Positions 9,382 through 16,260 of a DNA stretch of 64,000 bases are shown one piece after another. The stretch comes from Candidatus Nanosyncoccaceae bacterium. GTDB taxonomy: Bacteria; Patescibacteriota; Saccharimonadia; Saccharimonadales; Saccharimonadaceae. The position numbers and the translations under genes were made by a program. A model generated the notes under the pieces. It saw only the letters and a list, made by a program, of their open reading frames with translations. It did not search any database and was not told the DNA's origin. The stretch is taken from the NCBI GenBank assembly GCA_051891815.1, contig JBJFFO010000010.1, positions 16,207 through 80,206 on the forward strand. Reading direction: 5' to 3'. The stretch's first letter is position 1; the number at the start of each line of letters is the position of its first letter.

Positions 9382-9630
9382 ATGATGGAGGATAGGGCCT
9401 ATGTCCATGACGATGAGTATTGCTACGAGGTGATTCGTAGGAATATGCGTAGGTTTCGAAATCAACGCGACCTCACTCAGCAACAATTGGCCGACCTGAC
9501 CGATATGTCTAGGGAATATATTTGCGATATTGAGAATACTAGCCGAAATAAACACGTTTCAATCGCGGTTCTCGGCCGAATAGCTGAAGTCTTAGACAAA
9601 CCGATCGGCGATTTCTTTATTGAAGATTGA
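9382..9630 (+). CDS. XRE-family helix-turn-helix transcriptional regulator
   Basis: 82 aa from the ATG at 9382 (AAGGAA RBS at 9372-9377). LTQQQLADLTDMSREYICDIENTSRN is a typical Cro/C1 HTH. The longer ORF from 9109 runs antisense through the neighbouring gene, so I did not use it. Confidence 0.85.
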   Translation: MMEDRAYVHDDEYCYEVIRRNMRRFRNQRDLTQQQLADLTDMSREYICDIENTSRNKHVSIAVLGRIAEVLDKPIGDFFIED

Positions 9631-9709
9631 TTAATTTTTCTTGGAAGGAAAAAGGCAGCTCCGAAAAGCTGCCTAGTAGGTTTTCCTGAGACTACCGCTC
9701 AGATCTTGA

Positions 9710-10318
9710 TTACTCGTTCCAACCTTTTCCCAGAACTTCATCTGCAGGCCCGTAAGCCGCAAAGTCGTTCTCGCTCAGAATGTAGCGATCGCCCTCGGCG
9801 AGGTCATCAGGATTGTCCTTATTGTAGGGAGCGCAGAAGTAGCACTTCGCATCTCCGTTCTGCGGACCACCCCAAGGTGCCTCGATCTCGACTGCGTCGC
9901 CGGTATCATTCTGGATGATTCTTGCCATACCCTTGGCGCGATACACGCCGGGTTCGTCCGTAGGCTCGTAGCGCTTGTGGAATGTCGCATCCGGAATGAC
10001 GTAGTTGTTGTCGCGGTCGCTTTCCCAAGCCTTGGGATTGGTAGCGATCCACTCGCCAACTTCGACAGGACGCGTGTCCTCGAGCTCAGCGCTGCGAATG
10101 CAGCCTTTGCCCTCAACGGGAATCTCGCGCATCACATAGGTGTCGATCACATACTGGCCTTTCTTGTCGTCGAAGCGAATGTCCTTGTCGGCATATTCGC
10201 CAGCCTTGAGTCCGTCCTCGGTGATCTGCATAGCCTTGATGACGCCTTTCTTGGCGTAGATGGCCGCTGCTGCGAACTTGTTGGTGTACTCCTCGGTGTT
10301 CAGATTGATCTTCTTCAT
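9710..10318 (-). CDS. hypothetical beta-rich protein, GC-rich paralogue of 8586-9269
   Basis: 202 aa. Shares EWIATNP, FHKRYEP and NPDD...F blocks with the 227-aa protein. 34/60 G+C counted at 9901-9960, inside an otherwise AT-rich island. Confidence 0.75.
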   Translation of the reverse strand: MKKINLNTEEYTNKFAAAAIYAKKGVIKAMQITEDGLKAGEYADKDIRFDDKKGQYVIDTYVMREIPVEGKGCIRSAELEDTRPVEVGEWIATNPKAWESDRDNNYVIPDATFHKRYEPTDEPGVYRAKGMARIIQNDTGDAVEIEAPWGGPQNGDAKCYFCAPYNKDNPDDLAEGDRYILSENDFAAYGPADEVLGKGWNE

Positions 10319-10437
10319 AGTAGTGTCCCCTTTCTATGGATACAAAATTTTTGAAAAATGCCATAGCACTACTTACGAGTAATTCAGATTTGTAAGGTGC
10401 TATTGTAAGATTAAGTATTTTTCAATCTTACCCTTAC

Positions 10438-10466
10438 ATTATAGCACACTTTAGCGAAATTGTCAA
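10438..10466 (-). promoter_or_regulatory. sigma70-type promoter (TTGACA-17-TATAAT) for 9710-10318
   Basis: The minus strand reads ttgacaatttcgctaaagtgtgctataat. This gives a leader of about 110 nt. Confidence 0.6.
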
Positions 10467-10790
10467 TATACTACAACATATTTTCACATAAATTGAAAAT
10501 GCTTAAGCTAAGAAATACCCCTCGTCGTGGACGAGGGGTTGGGGACTGCTCCCATGAAGAGCATGTGGAAGTGATCTTTAGGATTTACACGGTATTCTTT
10601 GTGTCTTCTAGAATGGGATCTTAACTTCCCAACACATATAATATCGTTACCGTATCGGACAATTTTAGATAATGAGCCTTTCAAGGTCGGCTGTTATCCT
10701 TGTTGTCTGTTACTTCCTTAAAGTACTTAGAGATTGGTAGTCGACTTGTATCGTAATAACATTTTCTCCATATTAGAAGCTACTCGCCAG

Positions 10791-10812
10791 AAAACTCCCG
10801 CCTTGTCGGGAG
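10791..10812 (-). terminator. rho-independent terminator after the helicase remnant
   Basis: Minus strand: stem ctcccg/cgggag, 6-nt loop, then TTTTCT. It lies 13 nt past the stop at 10825. Confidence 0.5.
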
Positions 10813-10824
10813 AGCACTTTTCTG

Positions 10825-11703
10825 TTAAGAAACTTTGGCCTCCGACCTAGGACGTACAGTTCGGACGTGTGCTAGACGCCTACCACTATCAAACGAGAAT
10901 TTATCTTTGCCGTCGGTTCGCCTCCAAACCCAGTCTGTGATATTTACGTAGTGGTCATTGTCGGTGTAGTGCGAAGATAATGCAAAGGATACTTCCATCT
11001 CCTTACCGTCCTCGTCTTTTACTGTCTTCATGCTGTCTTCGTAATTGCAGACGTATTCGTTGCTTTCTTTTGCTATCGCCTCTATATGCTCAGCAAAGTC
11101 TCTCCATTTCGCATAGGTGTCAGAGTATCTATCGCACATTTTCTGGACGCTAGCGTCGGTCTTTTTGTAGTCGGAGTAAAGCTTAAATATGCTCGACGGA
11201 GCGTTCACTTGTTCTTGGCGCTTTAAGAAATCTGATGCTCTGAATGATGATTTCTGGGATAACTCTTTGAGTCTTGTCGTCTTGATCTTGATTTCATTTG
11301 TAATAATGTCGCTATCTTGCCATAGCTTTACGCCGAAGCTCTTGCGCAAATCTTCAGGAATTATACCCCATATCCATGCGGTCATCGCAAGTTCCTTGGC
11401 CTCGTCGCTCAGAGTTTCAAAATCTAGTAGTCTTGGGTTGCGCCGGACGCGGCCCATGACCTGCTCATCTAATTGTTTGCTCTTACTATCACGCATCTGG
11501 TACAACATACAAGCGCGTGGAATATCCCATCCCTCGGTGATGACCATTTTGAAGATTATGATATCTATCGTAGATAGGTTTTCTTTAGCATAGTCTTTCC
11601 ATTTCGAAACTGGAAGCTTCTTGGCCATGCGAGCATTCAAGTTACGATGACTTATACCCACGTCGTAGATGAAGATCTTCACCAAATTCATCGCTTGAAG
11701 CAT
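10825..11703 (-). pseudogene. truncated SF2 helicase / type III restriction Res-like protein (C-terminal RecA lobe only)
   Basis: 292 aa. VITEGWDIPRACMLYQM and QVMGRVRRNP correspond to helicase motifs V and VI. No Walker A or DExH part is present upstream, because the Fic gene starts 128 nt away. Confidence 0.6.
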
Positions 11704-11722
11704 ACGGTGATTCGCGCCTCTT

Positions 11723-11794
11723 AACTTTAAATAATGAGAAATCGCTACTTTAAATAATTACTCCTGTTATAGCGACATCTCAACTTTAAATAAT
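11723..11794 (+). repeat. three direct copies of ACTTTAAATAAT upstream of the Fic gene
   Basis: Copies at 11724-11735, 11747-11758 and 11783-11794. The first and third extend to aactttaaataat. Confidence 0.7.
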
Positions 11795-11830
11795 CTACCT
11801 ATTATGGTAAAATAATACTAGGAGAATATT

Positions 11831-12961
11831 ATGATTAATACACCTACCCCTAAATTTGATTCTGGCCTCACGAATATCATTCTTGAGCTAGAACACCTTA
11901 AGAATCGTCCGCTCAAAAATACCACGAGCGAGAGTGTCTTTTTGCAGCTCAAAAGCTTACTCCATGCAGTGGAAGCGGTCGCTTCTGCGCGCATCGAGGG
12001 GAATCATACAACTATCGCTTCCTACATCGAGAAGCGTGATGACGACAGCCATAAGAACGATGAGCAGATCATCGAAATCTCCAACTTGATCGACGGCTTG
12101 GATTTTATTGATAGATACGTCATGGAAGAGCTTATCTCGGCTGATTTCATCAAAGAGCTTCATCGTGTTGTCGTAGGTGGTCTAACCCATGAGGGCGACA
12201 AGCGTGCAGGTGCGTGGCGCGATGAGCCTCGTTATATCGCCAATGCCAAGCATCAACCACCTGAACCATATGATGTTCCGGATCTCATGCGTGAGCTTAT
12301 CGACTATATCAATAGCGACGAGGGCGAGCAGTATGACTTGCTCAAAATCGCTATCGCCAATCATCGCTTCGTTTGGATCCACCCATTCGGTAATGGAAAT
12401 GGCCGTACCGACAGATTGATGACTTATGCGCTTCTTTGCAAGAAAGGCTATATTGCTCCGAATAAAATGCGCCTCTTTAATCCAACAGCTATTTTTGCAG
12501 GTGATCGTAATAAGTATTACGATATGCTAGCTCTTGCCGATGACTATAAAGACGAGCATATCCTAGAATGGTGCGAGTATTTCTTGTCTGGTGTTCGCGA
12601 CGAGATTAAGAAATCCGAATCTCTTGCCGATGCTGAATTCGTCAATAAGAAGATCCTGCTTCCGTCTGTCGGTCGTATGGAGAAAGCCGGTGTTGTTTCC
12701 AAACTAGAGGGCAATATTCTTGGCCGTGCTGTTCGTCTTGGTGTTATCAAGGCTAGCGACATCAAAGATCTTTGGGGGCGCGAAGTTACTTCCGTTGCTA
12801 TCGCTCAGCAGATCAAGAAACTTCGTGATCGTAACCTTATTAAACCCACTAAAGAGGGTGGCCGTGAATACGAGATCAGCTTTGAAAATAGTGAGCTAAC
12901 TCGCGTTACTCTCGAGCAAATGGATCTTGCCGGTCTTCTGCCGATCCGAGTGGACCGCTAA
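11831..12961 (+). CDS. Fic/DOC-family protein (putative AMPylase) with C-terminal wHTH-like region
   Basis: 376 aa. HPFGNGNGRTDRL matches HxFx(D/E)GNGRxxR, with Asn at the D/E position. The N-terminal ARIEGNHTT block is typical of Fic_N-type proteins. Confidence 0.88.
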   Translation: MINTPTPKFDSGLTNIILELEHLKNRPLKNTTSESVFLQLKSLLHAVEAVASARIEGNHTTIASYIEKRDDDSHKNDEQIIEISNLIDGLDFIDRYVMEELISADFIKELHRVVVGGLTHEGDKRAGAWRDEPRYIANAKHQPPEPYDVPDLMRELIDYINSDEGEQYDLLKIAIANHRFVWIHPFGNGNGRTDRLMTYALLCKKGYIAPNKMRLFNPTAIFAGDRNKYYDMLALADDYKDEHILEWCEYFLSGVRDEIKKSESLADAEFVNKKILLPSVGRMEKAGVVSKLEGNILGRAVRLGVIKASDIKDLWGREVTSVAIAQQIKKLRDRNLIKPTKEGGREYEISFENSELTRVTLEQMDLAGLLPIRVDR

Positions 12962-12966
12962 AAATA

Positions 12967-13006
12967 GTGCGAATTTTGGTGAACTTAGCCGAATTCGCAC
13001 TTTTTT
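12967..13006 (+). terminator. rho-independent terminator after Fic
   Basis: 9-bp stem gtgcgaatt/aattcgcac followed by TTTTTT. Confidence 0.6.
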
Positions 13007-13150
13007 ATTCAATTTATGTTATACTAGATTGTAGGAAGCTGCGACTCGTTTGAGCTCGTGACCTGTCACTTAATAACTAAGAAATCAATTGCGGTTCTTA
13101 GGGTTAAGTGTCTATACCCTTATTATTTATTGTCGAGGAGTCGACGATAA

Positions 13151-13198
13151 CCATGGTAAGGATGAGGTCCCGGGTTCAAATCCCGGTCGCGGCTCCAT
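13151..13198 (+). repeat. attR-like direct repeat (orphan 3' half of tRNA-Thr)
   Basis: Identical to 1976-2023. No tRNA 5' half precedes it (upstream sequence is ...ggagtcgacgataa). Confidence 0.9.
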
Positions 13199-13247
13199 TT
13201 TTTTATATCTTAAACCCCGCCAATATGGGGAGTTCTTTATTGCATCA

Positions 13248-13279
13248 TTGACTTTTATGCTTATCTGTGCTATAATAGA
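13248..13279 (+). promoter_or_regulatory. consensus promoter (TTGACT-17-TATAAT, TGn extended -10), near-identical copy at 59230-59261
   Basis: ttgacttttatgcttatctgtgctataataga, with 31 of 32 positions identical to the second copy. Confidence 0.65.
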
Positions 13280-13326
13280 ATTCTGTCATATTGACAGCGC
13301 ACTTTTACAGACTGGAGGTAGGAACA

Positions 13327-14007
13327 ATGGAACAAACTGTAAATTGCATCTTAGTAATCATGGATCAAACCTGCGATTACTCCGAATTTCTTAAGTATCT
13401 AAGAAAGCTTCGCGTACGCTATCCAGAGGCAGAAGTTATGACTTTTAGTCCTTCGAGCTACGACGAGAGCGAAGCCCGTCGCCGCGAGAACTACAAGGAA
13501 CTTCTCAACACCTATGGCGAGGATACTAGATTTGCTATTCACGCTCAAGGTGCCGTCGGTGCGATGATTGCCTTTGAGATTCTCAACTTTGAGCCCGAAC
13601 GTATCGATACTGTGCTCTTCATCGGTGGGGCTGGTGCTTCAAATATGCATTTTATCGAGCGCTGGACTCGCAAGTTCAAGTTACTTAAACCGTCGCTCAA
13701 AAAGCAGGAGCGCCTCATGTATCGTGAGGCCTTGCGCTGGGAGCCGCATATTGTATGCCTCTGCATGCCAAACTACAAGATTTCGCAGATTAAATACTGG
13801 CTCGCTCATCGCGACGCGAAGTGCTATTACATTCCCGAGGGACACTATGCGCATAACGCCTACAAATCCGAGCCCGCCATGCAACAATGGCATGATCTCG
13901 GCGTAAGATGTTGCTTATCGCCAGCGCAAATCTTTGATGTGGCGTCATTTACGCCGCTCAATTCACTCATGCGCACCTTGGACAAGGTCGACTCCGGTCA
14001 AGAATGA
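13327..14007 (+). CDS. hypothetical protein (possibly a degenerate alpha/beta-hydrolase fold)
   Basis: 226 aa from the ATG at 13327 (GGAGG RBS). IHAQGAVGA sits where a GxSxG elbow would be, but has no Ser. The fold call is weak. Confidence 0.65.
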   Translation: MEQTVNCILVIMDQTCDYSEFLKYLRKLRVRYPEAEVMTFSPSSYDESEARRRENYKELLNTYGEDTRFAIHAQGAVGAMIAFEILNFEPERIDTVLFIGGAGASNMHFIERWTRKFKLLKPSLKKQERLMYREALRWEPHIVCLCMPNYKISQIKYWLAHRDAKCYYIPEGHYAHNAYKSEPAMQQWHDLGVRCCLSPAQIFDVASFTPLNSLMRTLDKVDSGQE

Positions 14008-14095
14008 TAACGAGATAAGATCTCGCTAACGCACTAACCCGCAGCTTTTGCTACGGGTTATTTTTTTGTCGATTTACTCCAGTTAAACGCAAGCG

Positions 14096-14860
14096 CTATT
14101 TTCCACTTGAGCGGATTGCTTTTTTCTTAAACTCGCGGTTCAATATTGCGCTGTTGCGTAGGCCTACCAAAGTCTTCATTAACATCGGATCTTTGGCAAG
14201 ATCTGGCACCGCAAACCACTTCGACATCGTATCATGGCGGAAAAAGCCCTTGTATTCAAGATAATCCAGCACGAAGCGCAAATCTTCCTCTTGCACCTTA
14301 AAATATTCGTAAATCTTCGCCTCAGGCAAGCCTTCGTCGCTATGCTTCAAAATCACGCTATAAAGCCCGCGCAAAGTAAACGGTTTTTGGATAATTTTCT
14401 CCTCGACAGTTGCAGTAGCGAGATTCTTTGGTGTTTCGGTGATTTTGCGAATCTGTTTTGGTGCTTCTTTTTTGACGGACTTAACTTCTGGCCTCTCGGC
14501 GGCTTTATCGGTGGCCTTTTCGGTAACTTCTTCAGTAGGCTTTTTAGCGGTCTTCTTAGTTTCGACTGTTTTCTTTGCTGGCTCAGCCTTCTTTTCGGCT
14601 TTCTTTGGCGTACTAGTCGGCACTACACCCTGGTAAACAAAGTCAAAGAATTTCTTGGAGTCGATCTTGGCAAAGTCTTGCGTGCGCCAGCCATCTTCGG
14701 CGTCATAGATAAAGATTCCCCAGCTTTCGCCCGCCATCAAAAGCTCTTCAATTTTAACTTGGTCGGCATCAAAAACTTCCAGCATGCGCTCAATTTTACG
14801 CTGTTTGGCGTTGTTTTTGCTGAGATAGTCGTAAAGGTTTTTTGATGTCAACTCTGTCAT
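14096..14860 (-). CDS. hypothetical protein with Lys/Glu-rich linker
   Basis: 254 aa. Two globular ends joined by PKKAEKKAEPAKKTVETKKTAKKPTEE. No family recognised. Confidence 0.7.
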   Translation of the reverse strand: MTELTSKNLYDYLSKNNAKQRKIERMLEVFDADQVKIEELLMAGESWGIFIYDAEDGWRTQDFAKIDSKKFFDFVYQGVVPTSTPKKAEKKAEPAKKTVETKKTAKKPTEEVTEKATDKAAERPEVKSVKKEAPKQIRKITETPKNLATATVEEKIIQKPFTLRGLYSVILKHSDEGLPEAKIYEYFKVQEEDLRFVLDYLEYKGFFRHDTMSKWFAVPDLAKDPMLMKTLVGLRNSAILNREFKKKAIRSSGK

Positions 14861-14910
14861 ATTCGCACTCCGTTTTCTTTTATTATATCACGCCATAAGA
14901 GATAAATAAA

Positions 14911-15789
14911 TCAATGGTGTAGCCTCGGCTGCTTTAACTTGCAACGACTCGTCTTGCAATGTTCGCCATCGTGTTCGAGCTCTATTGTTGAGTGATTAAA
15001 ACCGGCGCTAGCTAAGACCTCGCGTAAATCCACCTTCACTTTGCAAGTATCAGCATTATCAGTAATCAAACAGTGCAAAGTTGCACAGTTATTTGCGCCA
15101 TCCAGGCTCCACAGATGTACGTGGTGCAGTCCCAGCACGCCATCCACCCCAAGTAGTTTATCGCACAAATCGTCATAATCTACCTCTGGTGGCGTCTTGT
15201 CGAGCATAATGTAAAGACTTCCGATAAACTCTCGAAGTACGCGCACAAGGATATAAATAGCAATACAGATCGACAAAATTGCGTCAATTTGCATAAAACC
15301 TGTCTGCTGCATCACGATTGCGCCAATGATAATCGCAAGCCACGACAAAACATCCTGCACTGAGTGCAAGCTCACGGCGCGCTCGTTATGTGTATGCCCA
15401 TGCCTAGTCGCAAAAGCCGCAATAAAATTCGCCACTGCGCCAAAAATCGCTAACCCGAGCATGCCTGAAAGCTCGATTTCTTCCGCCTCGTGCAGACCGT
15501 GCAACGACTCGGTAATAATCGTCACGGCGCCAACTAGCAAAAACATGTTCGTAATCAGGCTACCAAGCAGGGAATAGCGCGCATAGCCAAAAGTATGCGT
15601 CTTATCTGGTCCATTTTTGCTCTTACGCTCCAAGAAAAACGAAATTCCAACCGTAATTCCGTCGCCGAGACTATGCAAGGAATTAGAGATAATCGCAAAG
15701 CTCCCAGTAATCAACCCCGAGAAGATGCCAATCGCCGCCAAGCCAAGATTGGCCAAAAATGCCACCAAAATATGTTTATCTGTCTTCAT
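14911..15789 (-). CDS. cation diffusion facilitator (CzcD/ZitB-like) metal efflux transporter
   Basis: Start moved to Met48 of the ORF (MKTDKHILVAF...), because the longer ORF would overlap rpmG. HSLGDGITVG, RHGHTHNERAVSLHSVQD and a C-terminal HHVHLWSLDG are CDF-like. Confidence 0.85.
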   Translation of the reverse strand: MKTDKHILVAFLANLGLAAIGIFSGLITGSFAIISNSLHSLGDGITVGISFFLERKSKNGPDKTHTFGYARYSLLGSLITNMFLLVGAVTIITESLHGLHEAEEIELSGMLGLAIFGAVANFIAAFATRHGHTHNERAVSLHSVQDVLSWLAIIIGAIVMQQTGFMQIDAILSICIAIYILVRVLREFIGSLYIMLDKTPPEVDYDDLCDKLLGVDGVLGLHHVHLWSLDGANNCATLHCLITDNADTCKVKVDLREVLASAGFNHSTIELEHDGEHCKTSRCKLKQPRLHH

Positions 15790-15851
15790 TACTTCTATTT
15801 TACCACTGAAAGATTTACAAATCTCTATAGATATGCTAAAATAGACGCAAT

Positions 15852-16061
15852 ATGGCAAAGAAAAATAATACAAAGCGAAAGCTCGTTGGCTTGGTTTCAG
15901 AAGAATCTGGTATCCGTCTTTACTATACAAAGAAGAATACTATGAACACTCCAGACAAGCTCAGCCTCCGCAAATACGACCCAGTTTTGCGCAAGCACGT
16001 TACCTTCACTGAGACGAAGAAGAATCTTGGTCGCAACGAAGTTAAGGAAAAGAAGCGCTAA
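15852..16061 (+). CDS. rpmG: 50S ribosomal protein L33 (Cys-less type)
   Basis: 69 aa. [31 protein letters not shown] matches the L33 pattern. Confidence 0.85.
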   Translation: MAKKNNTKRKLVGLVSEESGIRLYYTKKNTMNTPDKLSLRKYDPVLRKHVTFTETKKNLGRNEVKEKKR

Positions 16062-16095
16062 AATTTCGCCCACTACTTTGGGCGAAATTTTTTTG
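16062..16095 (+). terminator. rho-independent terminator after rpmG
   Basis: Stem aatttcgccc/gggcgaaatt followed by a T-tract. Confidence 0.65.
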
Positions 16096-16221
16096 TGAGA
16101 TTTGAGGAACTCCTTGGCCTCGGCAGATCCAAGCTGCAGAATCTCGCAAGAAACTTCAAGATAAACACTCTTTGTCATATCAAACAGCTGCGGCTCACAA
16201 CGCAACAATTGAATAATTAAC

Positions 16222-16250
16222 AAAAAAACCACCTATAGCAGGCGGTTTTT
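16222..16250 (-). terminator. rho-independent terminator after rplA
   Basis: Minus strand: aaccgcc-tgctat-aggtggtt followed by TTTTTTT. The G-U pair exists only on the minus strand. Confidence 0.55.
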
Positions 16251-16260
16251 TGTGTATCTA

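Larger units (their letters stand above)
1976..13198. mobile_element. tRNA-Thr-associated genomic island; no integrase seen, partly decayed
   Basis: Bounded by the 48-bp direct repeats. The interior is AT-rich (23/60 G+C counted at 2221-2280, against 32/60 in rplB at 53101-53160). Content is entirely accessory and includes two gene remnants. I recognised no recombinase among the listed ORFs. Confidence 0.75.

Noticed and set aside
13089-13394. 101-aa ORF spanning the attR tRNA fragment
   Set aside because: Its PGSNPGRGS segment is just the translated tRNA T-arm. The real downstream gene starts at 13327 with a GGAGG RBS.
15790-15930. Upstream 47 codons of the CDF transporter ORF
   Set aside because: They would overlap rpmG on the other strand. 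Met48 (MKTDKHILVAF...) gives a typical CDF N-terminus.
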